This document shows, one piece after another, positions 53,505-62,653 of a DNA stretch of 64,000 nt; within the stretch, counting starts at the first letter, position 1; every line of letters starts with the position of its first letter. Made by a program: the position numbers and the translations under genes. The stretch comes from Gaiellaceae bacterium (GTDB lineage: Bacteria > Actinomycetota > Thermoleophilia > Gaiellales > Gaiellaceae). Below the pieces are notes generated by a model. It saw only the letters and a list, made by a program, of their open reading frames with translations. It was not told the DNA's origin and did not search any database. The stretch lies in NCBI GenBank assembly GCA_036511815.1, contig DATCBP010000023.1, forward strand, positions 4,001 to 68,000, written 5' to 3'.

Positions 53505-54280
53505 GAGCTCACCGCCGCGGTGCCGAGATATGCCTCGATCACGCGGTCGTTCGTCTGGATCTCCTGCGGCGTCCCCTCGGCGATCTTCTCGCCGTAGTCC
53601 AGCACCGTCACGCGGTCGGAGATCCCCATCACGACGCGCATGTCGTGCTCGATCAGGAGCACCGTCAGCTTGCTCTCCGCGCGCAGCCTGCTGACGAAGT
53701 CGGTGAACTCGAGCGTCTCCTGCGGGTTCATGCCCGCCGTCGGCTCGTCGAGCAGCAGCAGCTTCGGCTCCGTCGCGAGCGCCCGCGCGACCTCGAGCCG
53801 CCGCTGGTCGCCGTACGAGAGGTTCCGGCCGATCACCTTGTCGCGACGGCGCAGCCCGGAGAACTCGAGCAGCTCGTGCGCGCGTGCGCGCGCGTCATGC
53901 TCCTCGCGGCGCACGCGAGGCGTGTGGAGGAGCGCCTCCGCGAGGTTGCCCTTGAGCCGGACGTGCATGCCGACGAGCACGTTCTCGAGCGCCGTCATGT
54001 TCTGGAAGAGTCGGATGTTCTGGAACGTGCGCCCGACGCCGCGCTGCGTGAACGCGTGCGGCGGCTTACCCGTGAGGTCCTCGCCCGCGAATATCACCCG
54101 TCCCGCCGTCGGCTTGTACACGCCGGTGAGCATGTTGAAGAAGGTCGTCTTGCCGGCGCCGTTCGGCCCGATCAAGCTCACGATCGACCCTTCCGGAACC
54201 GAGAAGTCGACGCTGTCGACCGCCACGAGGCCGCCGAACTCCTTGCGCAGCCCTTCGGTGGTGAGAAGCGCCTCTGCCAT
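53501..54280 (-). CDS. livG: branched-chain amino acid ABC transporter ATP-binding protein
   Basis: Start moved to the ATG at 54280 (TGATG overlap with livM). GPNGAGKTTFFN, LSYGDQRRLE, LLLLDEPTAG. Confidence 0.9.
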   Translation of the reverse strand: MAEALLTTEGLRKEFGGLVAVDSVDFSVPEGSIVSLIGPNGAGKTTFFNMLTGVYKPTAGRVIFAGEDLTGKPPHAFTQRGVGRTFQNIRLFQNMTALENVLVGMHVRLKGNLAEALLHTPRVRREEHDARARAHELLEFSGLRRRDKVIGRNLSYGDQRRLEVARALATEPKLLLLDEPTAGMNPQETLEFTDFVSRLRAESKLTVLLIEHDMRVVMGISDRVTVLDYGEKIAEGTPQEIQTNDRVIEAYLGTAAVSS

Positions 54281-55689
54281 CACACGGTCTCGGCGTCGTA
54301 GAGCGGATCGTCGTGGACGCCCTCGTGGAGCTCCGCCGCGCGTCGCGAGCTCGGGATCAGCCCCTCGGGCCGGAAGAGCATCACGATCACGATGATCGCG
54401 CCGTAGATCCCAAACTCGTACAGCGGCACGTTCACGTGCGTGCCCAGGTGGCCGTTCATCCACGCGCCGACGTTCGAGAGTCCCTCGCGGTCGAGATACG
54501 AGAGGAAGCAGGCGCCGAAGATGACGCCCCAGATGTTCCCCATGCCGCCGAGGATGACCATGCAGAGGATGAAGACCGAGATCTGGAAGAAGAAGTCGTT
54601 CGGGAACGCGCCGCTCTTGTAACTCGCATAGAGCGCGCCGGCGACGCCTCCGAAGAACGCGCCGGTCGCGTACGCCCACGTCTTCGTCCGCATCAACGGG
54701 ATGCCCATCGCTGCGGCCGCGACCTCGTCCTCGCGGATCGCGATCCACGCGCGGCCGAGGCGCGAGTCGCGCAGCCGGACGCTGCAGAACACGGTGAGGA
54801 TGACGAGCGCGAGCGTCGTCCAGAGGAAGACGGCGTCGTAGTTCCCGACCGTGACGTAGTTCGCCGGGAGATGCAGATGCTGGTGGAGCCACCCGCCGAA
54901 GCCGGGACTGTCGATCGGGGTGATCCCCTCCGGCCCGTTCGTGAGGTTGAAGCCGAAGAGGCTGTTCCCGTTGTTCGCGACCTGCGGCATGATCTCGCCG
55001 AAGCCGAGCGTCACGATCGCGAGATAGTCGCCGCGCAGGCGCAGCGTCGGCAAGCCGATGATCACGCCGACGATCGCGGTCGCGATGCCGGCCATCGGGA
55101 GCACGAGCCAGAGCGAGAAGTGGAAGCCGATCGCTCCCGCCGTCTGCCCGACGGCGCCGAGGTCGAGATGTTGCTTCGAGAACTGGTCGGAGGCGAACCA
55201 GCCCGCCATGTAGGCGCCCATCGCATAGAAGGCGACGTAGCCGAGATCGAGCAGTCCCGCGTAGCCGACGACGAAGTTCAGGCCCAGGGCCATCATCGAG
55301 AAGATCATCATCGCGACCATCGTGCTCAGCATCGGAAACGGCCCGAAGATCGGGACCTGCGGCATCGAGTTCAGGTAGTACGGGTAGGAGATCACGATCG
55401 CGATCGCCGCCGCCGGCACGATCCACTTGCCGAGCGGGAAGCGACCGACCATGAGCTTCTGGTACGGCGGCACGACGAGCAGGATGACGACCGCCGCGAC
55501 CGCGAGCGCCGACGCCTTCCAGGTGCCGAACGCCGCGACGAGCACGAGCCCGACCGCGACCCAGAGCACCGACTTCACCGCGCGCCGCCTGAGCCGTGGC
55601 AGCGCCTGCCAGCGCGCGGGGCTCAGGCCCGCCCGCGTGAGGGCGGCCCACCAGGCAGCGGACACCCGTTCGGCGATCCGCCGGCGCAC
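54280..55689 (-). CDS. livM: branched-chain amino acid ABC transporter permease (LivM-type, extended N-terminus)
   Basis: 469 aa polytopic protein, LDLGYVAFYAMGAY and RAWIAIREDE motifs. Confidence 0.85.
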   Translation of the reverse strand: MRRRIAERVSAAWWAALTRAGLSPARWQALPRLRRRAVKSVLWVAVGLVLVAAFGTWKASALAVAAVVILLVVPPYQKLMVGRFPLGKWIVPAAAIAIVISYPYYLNSMPQVPIFGPFPMLSTMVAMMIFSMMALGLNFVVGYAGLLDLGYVAFYAMGAYMAGWFASDQFSKQHLDLGAVGQTAGAIGFHFSLWLVLPMAGIATAIVGVIIGLPTLRLRGDYLAIVTLGFGEIMPQVANNGNSLFGFNLTNGPEGITPIDSPGFGGWLHQHLHLPANYVTVGNYDAVFLWTTLALVILTVFCSVRLRDSRLGRAWIAIREDEVAAAAMGIPLMRTKTWAYATGAFFGGVAGALYASYKSGAFPNDFFFQISVFILCMVILGGMGNIWGVIFGACFLSYLDREGLSNVGAWMNGHLGTHVNVPLYEFGIYGAIIVIVMLFRPEGLIPSSRRAAELHEGVHDDPLYDAETV

Positions 55690-55690
55690 G

Positions 55691-56752
55691 TCAGGCCCCC
55701 TCGGGCGTGCGTTCGCCGAGCAGCCCCTCGGGACGGAAGACGAGGATCAGGATGAGGATCGAGAAGACGATCGACTCCGTCCAGTTCGTTCCGGGCGCGT
55801 GCCACGTCAGGCCCTCGTTGTACGCCTGGATGAACCCGATGCAGAGCGCGCCGAGCACGGCGCCGGGCAGGTTGCCGATCCCGCCGAGCACGGCAGCCGT
55901 GAACGCGATCAGCCCAAGCTGGAAGCCCGTGTCGTAGCGGATCTGACCGAAGTAGAGGGCGTAGACGAGCCCGCCGGCCCCCGCGAGCGCGCCGGCGATC
56001 AGGAACGTGAACGAGATCGTCCGGTTGACGTCGATCCCCATCATCGCGGCGGCGTCGCGGTCCTGCGCGGTCGCGCGCATCGCCTTCCCCTGGCGGGTGC
56101 GCTGGACGAGCCAGATCAGCGCGGCGAGCACGGGGACGGTGATGATCACGACGATCAGCTTCTCCCACGTGTAGACGACGCCGTCGATCGAGAACACCTG
56201 TCCGTGCGGAAGAACGGCGGGCACGGCGGTGTAGCCGGGCCCCTTCCACGCGATCGCGACGTCCTCGAGGATGAACGACATGCCGATCGCGGTAATCAGC
56301 GGAGCGAGTCGCGACGCGCCTCTGAGCGGCCGGTAGGCGACTCGCTCGATCGTCGCGTTGATCAGGCCGCACGCCGCCATCGCGACGAACAGCGAGACGA
56401 GAATGGCCGCGACGAGCTCGCCCGTCGACGCGTGCGTCGAAAGGTGGAAGGCGGAGAGGATCATCGTCGCGGAGAACATGCCGCCGAGCATGAAGACGTC
56501 GCCGTGCGCGAAGTTGATCAGCCCGAGGATCCCGTAGACGAGCGTGTAGCCGAGCGCGACGAGCGCGTAGACGGCACCGTTCGTGAGGCCGATGAACGAG
56601 ATCGTGAAGAAGTACGCCGGCCCCTTCACGAAATTGATCCCGAGCCAGACGATGAGCACGGCGAGCAGCGCCGTCGCGAGCACGGGCGTCACGTACGCCC
56701 CGGCGGAGCGCCTCAGCCGCACGGACGTTTCGATGTGGGCGTGGGTGGCCAC
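55691..56752 (-). CDS. livH: branched-chain amino acid ABC transporter permease
   Basis: 353 aa, INFAHGDVFMLG motif, MRATAQDRDAAAMMGI. Confidence 0.88.
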   Translation of the reverse strand: MATHAHIETSVRLRRSAGAYVTPVLATALLAVLIVWLGINFVKGPAYFFTISFIGLTNGAVYALVALGYTLVYGILGLINFAHGDVFMLGGMFSATMILSAFHLSTHASTGELVAAILVSLFVAMAACGLINATIERVAYRPLRGASRLAPLITAIGMSFILEDVAIAWKGPGYTAVPAVLPHGQVFSIDGVVYTWEKLIVVIITVPVLAALIWLVQRTRQGKAMRATAQDRDAAAMMGIDVNRTISFTFLIAGALAGAGGLVYALYFGQIRYDTGFQLGLIAFTAAVLGGIGNLPGAVLGALCIGFIQAYNEGLTWHAPGTNWTESIVFSILILILVFRPEGLLGERTPEGA

Positions 56753-56833
56753 TCGCTCCGAATGTGAGTGTTGATGAACTCCGGGGGAGGCATTGCCTCC
56801 CCCGGAGTCGTCGCTGCTACCTGTTCGCCGCCC

Positions 56834-58117
56834 TTACCCGACCAGGCTCGCCGCAGGCACGAGCGTCTTGACCGGAATGAGCGCCTTGCCCTTCTGCTTG
56901 TAGATCGTCACCGGCGTCAGGTTCGTGTCACCCGAGGCGCCGATCGTGAAGTTGCCGAGGATCCCGTTCCGCACGTTCAGGCCGAAGATGGCCTTCGTCG
57001 TGGTCGACCGCTGGCCGCCGCCGACGGAGATCGCCTGAAGCATGACCTCCATCGCCTGTGCGCCGTAGGCCGAATACGGGTTCGGGGTCGCGCCGACCGA
57101 CTTGCCGAAGCTCTTGACGAAGTTCGCTCCGGCGCCCGTCAGCCCTTTCGGGGGCTCACCGGCGACGCTGATGTATGCGCTCTGTCCGATCGCACCGTTC
57201 GCGTTCGGATCGCTGAAGCCGTCCGGCATCTGCAGCTGGATCTTCGGATTGACCGCCTTGATGTCCTGCATCAGCTTCGCGCCGTTGTTGCACACGATGC
57301 CGCCGAGGAACACAGCCTGCGCACCGGACTTCTTGATCGCCTCGGCGAGCGCCTCGTAGCTCGACGCCTTCGCGTCCCAGCCGACGTTCTTGACGACCGT
57401 GATGCCGAGCTTCTTCGCCGCGGTCACGTACGTTCCCGCGACGCCGGCGCCGTAGACCTGCCGGTCGTTCAGGACGTACACCTTCTTGATCCCGAGCGAC
57501 TGCGTCCAGAGGGCGTCTGCCGGACCCTGGAAGTCGTCGGTAGCGACGACGCGGGCGTAGTTCCGCACGCCGGTCGGGTAGTACTTGTTCGGCTCACCCG
57601 GAGCCCACTTCTTGGTGAGACCGGGGTACGTGTTCGCCGGGCTGACCATCCCGAGCGGACCGGGGTTCGCCCGGCCGAGGATCGGGACCTCGATCTCGGC
57701 GCAACCGGAGTTGAACGTTCCGACGACCCCGATCACGGACTTGTCCCCGGCGTAGAGGCGCGCATTGGTGGCGCACTTACCCGAGTCCCACGCGCCGGCC
57801 TGCGCGGTCGAATCGTCACAGGACTGATAGCCGATCTTGTACGCGCCGGCCTTCCAGCCCTTGTCCTGGAGCGCCCAGATGATCGCCCGCGAGATCTGCA
57901 CGGTCTGAGCGCGGATCGCGCCCTGCAGCGGCAGATCCGAGGCGACGATGAAGTCCGGGCTCCCGGAACCCTTGTAGACCACCGGGCCGCACGACGACGA
58001 CGGGAGCGCCTGGACGCCCTTTGTCGCGCTCCGCGCGCTTCCCGTGTAGCCGGCGGCGACCACCGCGACCGCAATGGCCGCGCCGACGAGCGCCAACAAC
58101 GTGAACTTTCTACTCAC
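56834..58117 (-). CDS. ABC transporter substrate-binding protein (LivJ/K-like, type I PBP)
   Basis: Start moved to the GTG at 58117 (GAGGAGGG upstream). Signal anchor FTLLALVGAAIAVAVVAAG. Only this part of track ORF 56834..59335 looks coding. Confidence 0.85.
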   Translation of the reverse strand: MSRKFTLLALVGAAIAVAVVAAGYTGSARSATKGVQALPSSSCGPVVYKGSGSPDFIVASDLPLQGAIRAQTVQISRAIIWALQDKGWKAGAYKIGYQSCDDSTAQAGAWDSGKCATNARLYAGDKSVIGVVGTFNSGCAEIEVPILGRANPGPLGMVSPANTYPGLTKKWAPGEPNKYYPTGVRNYARVVATDDFQGPADALWTQSLGIKKVYVLNDRQVYGAGVAGTYVTAAKKLGITVVKNVGWDAKASSYEALAEAIKKSGAQAVFLGGIVCNNGAKLMQDIKAVNPKIQLQMPDGFSDPNANGAIGQSAYISVAGEPPKGLTGAGANFVKSFGKSVGATPNPYSAYGAQAMEVMLQAISVGGGQRSTTTKAIFGLNVRNGILGNFTIGASGDTNLTPVTIYKQKGKALIPVKTLVPAASLVG

Positions 58118-58423
58118 GAATCCCTCCTCATGTTTCCGACCTGAGCTGGGTTGCCGCGAAAGAACATTCCTGCCCAACGAAGGGCCAGTATTTCGTGCTT
58201 CTCCCCCGGTTTCAAGACGGCCGAGCACGGTTTTTGCGGAGGCGCCGTCCAAGCCGTAGCTGGGAATCGACCGTTCCCCCGATGGGGTGGTCGGGGCCGG
58301 CGCCGATTCCGCCGATGGTGTGACTACCTGCGGCGAAGGGCTCGGCTTGGCGAATCTGCGGCGTTCCAGGGCGGCGGCCCCGACCCTGGCGACGATCTCG
58401 AACGACTTCTGGGAGCGCTGACG

Positions 58424-59368
58424 ATGTCTGCGGTGCTCGACGACGGCGACTCCCATCAGCACCGGGCGCAGCTCGGCACGCTCCTCGTGGAGCGAGGCCT
58501 GCTCACCGAGGCCCAGCTCGCACTCGCGCTCGCCGAGCAGCAAACGTCCGGGCTCGCGCTGGGCGAGATCCTGATCGCGCTCGGCTTCGTTCCCGCCGCA
58601 ACGATCGCGCAGGCGCTCGCGACGCAGCACGGCAGCCTGTTGAAGACGGAGTACGGCTTCGCGACCGGATTCGGCTCGACGATGCCCGCAGGGAGCCTGA
58701 CGGAGCCGCCACCCGCGCCGGCGGCACCGCTCGAGATCGTTCCCGCGCCGCCGAGAGAGGTGCCGGCGCCTGCACCGCTGCCCGTACCCGTCCCGATCGA
58801 CCTGCCGCCCGCGGCAGCGGCCCCCGCACCGGTCGACGCCGAGCTCGAGCGCAGGCTCGATGCGGCGGTCGCACGCGTCGGAGCGCTCGTCGCCGAGCGC
58901 GACGCGCTGGCGGCGACGCTGGCCGAGCGTGAGGCGAGCCTCGAGCCACTGCAGGCGGAGCTCGCGGCCGCGCGGGCCGAGCTCGCGGCCGTGCCGGCGG
59001 AGCGCCCCGCGCCGGCGCTGTCCGTCGACGCAGAGACCTTCACGGGCCGGATCGTCGAGCTCGAAGACGCCCTCGTCGTCGAGCTCGCGCGCAAGGGCGA
59101 GCTGGAGGCCGCCGTGACGGAGCGCGACGAGCGGCTCCGGCAGCTCGAGGCGCTCGTCCGCGAGCAGCCGTGGGCGTCGAGCGAGCGGCACCTGCTCTTC
59201 TTCCACGGCCCCACCGGCTATGCGCTCAGCGAGCACGACGGTCCGCCGCCCCTCCCCGGTGCCCGGATCGAGGTTGCCGGCGCCGAGGCGACCCAGGTCG
59301 TGACGCGGGTCGCGCCGGCCCCGCTTCCCGGGCACGCGCTCCCCTGCGCATATCTCGTCGCCGCGTAG
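58424..59368 (+). CDS. MshEN/T2SSE_N-like domain protein with Pro-rich linker and coiled coil
   Basis: Start moved to the ATG at 58424. Residues 16-68 carry two 24-aa xLGxxL[VI]xxG[LF][LV]xxxx[LI]xxxLxxQ motifs separated by 5 aa. A PAPAP linker and a heptad-like ERDALAATLAEREASLEPLQAELAAARAEL segment follow. Confidence 0.6.
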   Translation: MSAVLDDGDSHQHRAQLGTLLVERGLLTEAQLALALAEQQTSGLALGEILIALGFVPAATIAQALATQHGSLLKTEYGFATGFGSTMPAGSLTEPPPAPAAPLEIVPAPPREVPAPAPLPVPVPIDLPPAAAAPAPVDAELERRLDAAVARVGALVAERDALAATLAEREASLEPLQAELAAARAELAAVPAERPAPALSVDAETFTGRIVELEDALVVELARKGELEAAVTERDERLRQLEALVREQPWASSERHLLFFHGPTGYALSEHDGPPPLPGARIEVAGAEATQVVTRVAPAPLPGHALPCAYLVAA

Positions 59369-59490
59369 CGCGGGAACTCACCCAGATCGAGGGACGGCGA
59401 ATCCCTCGGACGGGGCTACTCGACGGGTGAAGGAGCGGCCGATAGAGGCAAAAGCCGCAAGACATCCAGCGTGGAAGGAGCCGCAACTCC

Positions 59491-59991
59491 ATGGTCCACA
59501 ACGCCAAGAGACGCCTCGACGCGGAGCAGGGCTTCACCCTGATCGAGCTCCTGGTCGTCATCATCATCCTCGGGATCCTGCTCGCGATCGCAGTCCCCTC
59601 GTACCTCAGCTTCAAGGATCGCGCCAACAAGACCGCCGCGGCGGCCAACGTCCGCTCGCTCATCCCGAGCGTCGAGTCGTACAACGCCGACAACGTCCCC
59701 TCCGGCACCAACGACCCGGACGCGGCCACGAGCACGACCGACAACGGCTACTCCGGCATGACCGTCGCCCTCCTGAAGTCGACGTACGACCAGGCGATCC
59801 CCGCCACCGACTTCGTGAACAACAGCGGCGCCGCCGAGGCAACCGGCGTCACCGCAACCGCCCCTCTCGACGCGACGCACTACTGCGTCTACTCGCAGAC
59901 CGGCAACTGGTTCGCGTGGAAGCTCAACCCGGCCGGCGTCATCACCGAGACGACCGACCCGACGCACGTCTGCACCGCCGCGACGTCGTAG
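59491..59991 (+). CDS. type IV pilin (prepilin with class III signal peptide)
   Basis: 166 aa, leader MVHNAKRRLDAEQG then FTLIELLVVIIILGILLAIAVPSY. Two C-terminal Cys residues (HYC...HVC). Confidence 0.85.
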   Translation: MVHNAKRRLDAEQGFTLIELLVVIIILGILLAIAVPSYLSFKDRANKTAAAANVRSLIPSVESYNADNVPSGTNDPDAATSTTDNGYSGMTVALLKSTYDQAIPATDFVNNSGAAEATGVTATAPLDATHYCVYSQTGNWFAWKLNPAGVITETTDPTHVCTAATS

Positions 59992-60036
59992 GTCTCGGCA
60001 CGAGGATCCGTCCCGCAGTGGAACGGCGGGATCGAC

Positions 60037-60075
60037 GATGGGGGCCGCACTGCGGACGGCCCCCATCCATTTGTC
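60037..60075 (+). terminator. intrinsic-terminator-like hairpin after the pilin gene
   Basis: Perfect 11-bp stem GATGGGGGCCG / CGGCCCCCATC (60037-60067) with a 9-nt loop, followed by CATTTGT. Confidence 0.5.
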
Positions 60076-60201
60076 CGTCGAGGCCGGCAGCGAGAGCTGC
60101 GGTATTTCCGCAGCGCAAACCACTGGATCCGCGGATGGACGGCGCGCCGCCGCGAGCAAGCATGAGGGTCTCGTTTCCGCGACCAAAGGGGTGTGAGAAT
60201 C

Positions 60202-60879
60202 ATGAGCAAGCAGTCGCTCGCCCGCGTCGTCTTCGTGCCCATCGGCATCTACCTCGCGGGGTTGCTCGCGCTCGCGGCCTTCGTCCTCCATCCACCGGCC
60301 CTTGGCTGGATCGGGCTGGCGGTGGCGGCATTCCTGGCGCTGCTGGCAGGCGCCGCCGTCGTGGCGTTCCTCCCGCGTGTCGGGGCGAACGCGGTGCGGC
60401 TCCATCCGCGCGCGGGCGCCGTCTACCGGCTACTCGTCGTCGCGGACGTGGACGCCGAGCCTGACGAGCTCTGCTCGGCGGTCGGACTGCGGGCGATCGG
60501 CCGCCCCGCCGAAGTCCACGTCGTCACGCCGGTGATCGCCACTCCACTCCACTTCCTCGCGGACGACGAAGAGGGTGATCGCCACGATGCAGGACGGCGG
60601 CTGGAGGCGACGCTCAGCTCTCTCACGGACATCGGCGTTCGCGCGGTCGGGGTTGTCGGCACCGACGATCCGTTGCAGGCGGCCGGTGACGCGCTCGCCG
60701 GCTTCGACGCAGACGAGATCCTGTTCGTCGGACCCGTTCGCTCGAGCCGCGCCTGGCTCGATCAGAACTTCGAGAGCCGCGCGCGCGACCTCTTCGGCAT
60801 CCCCGTCGCAACGGTATTCGGCGCGAAGCGGTCGCCGACCGCAGTTCTGCAAAGAAGATCGCGGACAGGCTCGTCGTAA
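60202..60879 (+). CDS. hypothetical membrane protein with a weak USP-like soluble domain
   Basis: ATG at 60202. Two TM segments (VVFVPIGIYLAGLLALAAFVL; IGLAVAAFLALLAGAAVVAFL), then LLVVADVDAEPDEL...ADEILFVGP. Confidence 0.5.
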   Translation: MSKQSLARVVFVPIGIYLAGLLALAAFVLHPPALGWIGLAVAAFLALLAGAAVVAFLPRVGANAVRLHPRAGAVYRLLVVADVDAEPDELCSAVGLRAIGRPAEVHVVTPVIATPLHFLADDEEGDRHDAGRRLEATLSSLTDIGVRAVGVVGTDDPLQAAGDALAGFDADEILFVGPVRSSRAWLDQNFESRARDLFGIPVATVFGAKRSPTAVLQRRSRTGSS

Positions 60880-60937
60880 TCGCAAGCCAGATCCGCTCCG
60901 GCGAGATCTCGGAATCCGTCTAGCGGCTACTACGCTG

Positions 60938-61327
60938 CTACGCCTCGTGCGAAGCGGCGAGCTGCTGCGTTTCGAGGGCGACGACGCGCACGGCCGTCTC
61001 GAGATCGAGATTCCGCTTCACGAGCTCTCCGAGCGCCGTCCGCGAGGACGTGGAGATCTGAAGCAGGTCCTTGTGCGACCGGATCTCCTCGACACGCTCC
61101 GCGAGGGGCGCCGCTCCGCCCTTCTGCGCGGCGGCGAGGCCTTGCACTTCGCGCGCTATCTCATTGAGGGCTTCTTCGAGTCCCTCGTCCCGTCTGACGA
61201 GTTCCCCGACTGCAGCCTGCGGCCCCATCCACGGCTTGAGCACACGCTTGTGAGACTGGATCGCCTCATCAACTCGCTCGCACAGTGTCTCGGTCCGAGT
61301 CTCCCGTATGTGTTTCGGAGTCTTCAT
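60938..61327 (-). CDS. hypothetical helical protein with an internal duplication
   Basis: Start moved to the ATG at 61327 (MKTPKHIRE). Two similar segments (GELVRRDEGLEEALNEIAREVQGLAAAQ and GELVKRNLDLETAVRVVALETQQLAASH). Confidence 0.4.
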   Translation of the reverse strand: MKTPKHIRETRTETLCERVDEAIQSHKRVLKPWMGPQAAVGELVRRDEGLEEALNEIAREVQGLAAAQKGGAAPLAERVEEIRSHKDLLQISTSSRTALGELVKRNLDLETAVRVVALETQQLAASHEA

Positions 61328-61467
61328 CCGTGCCACCCCCAAGTCCAAGTGGTTGACCGCCACCAATGATGGAGCTCGACGCGGTGGCCGACATCGGTCT
61401 CCGGGCGGATCCGCACTCCGTAGTTTCTACGGCACGATCCGAGACCGGAGTGCCGGATCAGCCAAGG

Positions 61468-61551
61468 TGCCGAAGGTGGGAATCGAACCCACACTCCCCG
61501 GAGGGAACCGGATTTTGAGTCCGGCGCGTCTACCAGTTCCGCCACTTCGGC
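61468..61551 (-). tRNA. tRNA-Leu (anticodon CAA), long variable arm
   Basis: Hand fold: acceptor GCCGAAG/CTTCGGC, anticodon stem CCGGA/TCCGG with loop CTCAAAA, T-arm GTGGGTTCGATTCCCAC, discriminator A. CCA is not fully encoded. Confidence 0.9.
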
Positions 61552-61600
61552 CCGAACAACAGATGGTAGACCCACCGTAGACCCGCTATGACTTAGGGCC

Positions 61601-62650
61601 GTGGCGAAGACGATCGGCATCCTCACCGGCGGCGGCGACTGCCCCGGCCTGAACGCGGTCATCCGGGCGGTCGTGCGCAGCTCCGACACGGCCGGCTGGG
61701 ACTGCGTCGCGGTGCTCGAGGGCTGGCGCGGCCTCGTCGAGGGCCGCTTCCGCGATCTCGGCGTCCAGGAGGTCTCCGGCATCCTGCCGCGCGGCGGGAC
61801 GATCATCGGCACGAGCCGGACGAACCCGTACAAGCTCGACGGCGGCGTCGCCGGCGTGCTCCAGAACTTCGCCGACCGCGAGCTCGACGCGCTCGTCGCG
61901 ATCGGCGGCGAGGACACGCTCGGGGTCGCCGCGAAGCTGTTCGCCGAGCACGACTTCCCCGTCGTCGGCGTCCCCAAGACGATCGACAACGACCTTTCCG
62001 GCACCGACTACACGTTCGGCTTCGACACGGCGGTGACGATCGCCACCGACGCGATCGACCGGCTGCACACGACCGCCGAGTCGCACAACCGCGTGATGGT
62101 CGTCGAGGTGATGGGACGCCACGCCGGCTGGATCGCCGTGATGAGCGGCATCGCCGGCGGCGCCGACGTGATCCTCATTCCCGAGCAGCCGACGACGGTC
62201 GAGGCTGCGTGCGCGGAGCTGCGCCGCCGGCACGCGCGCGGGAAGAGCTTCTCGATCGTCGTCGTCAGCGAGGGCTACGAGCTCGCATACGAGAGCGGCG
62301 AGAGCGTGCTCGTCGCGGGCGAGGCGCGGCACACCGATCAGTTCGGGCACGTCGTGCTCGGCGGCGTCGGCCAGTCGCTCGGCGCCGAGATCGAGGAGCG
62401 CACCGGCTTCGAGACGCGCGTCACCGTGCTCGGCCACGTGCAGCGCGGCGGCTCCCCCACGCCGCGCGACCGCGTGCTCGCAACGCGCTTCGGGCTCGAG
62501 GCGGCGCGCCTCGCCCACGCGGGCGAGTTCGGGACGATGGCCGCGCTCCGCGGCGACGACGTCGTCCCCGTCTCGCTTCAGGAAGCGACCGCCGAGCTGA
62601 AGACGGTGCCGCCCGAGTGGTACGCGGTCGCGCAGGCGTTCTTCAGCTAG
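61601..62650 (+). CDS. pfkA: 6-phosphofructokinase (actinobacterial group; phosphoryl donor ATP or PPi unresolved)
   Basis: 349 aa, GILTGGGDCPGLNA, IGGEDTLG, PKTIDNDL and MGRHAGW motifs. Confidence 0.92.
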   Translation: MAKTIGILTGGGDCPGLNAVIRAVVRSSDTAGWDCVAVLEGWRGLVEGRFRDLGVQEVSGILPRGGTIIGTSRTNPYKLDGGVAGVLQNFADRELDALVAIGGEDTLGVAAKLFAEHDFPVVGVPKTIDNDLSGTDYTFGFDTAVTIATDAIDRLHTTAESHNRVMVVEVMGRHAGWIAVMSGIAGGADVILIPEQPTTVEAACAELRRRHARGKSFSIVVVSEGYELAYESGESVLVAGEARHTDQFGHVVLGGVGQSLGAEIEERTGFETRVTVLGHVQRGGSPTPRDRVLATRFGLEAARLAHAGEFGTMAALRGDDVVPVSLQEATAELKTVPPEWYAVAQAFFS

Positions 62651-62653
62651 CCG

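Noticed and set aside
58118-59335. Upstream extension of the substrate-binding-protein ORF (track ORF 56834..59335, 833 aa)
   Set aside because: A GTG with a GAGGAGGG ribosome-binding site at 58117 precedes a signal anchor. The upstream part is antisense to the MshEN-like gene and has junk composition.
58424-61551. Genomic island integrated at tRNA-Leu (pilin, MshEN-like, USP-like and hypothetical genes lie on the 3' side of the tRNA)
   Set aside because: There is no integrase, recombinase or transposase gene. I could find no direct repeat of the tRNA 3' end. Codon usage looks native.
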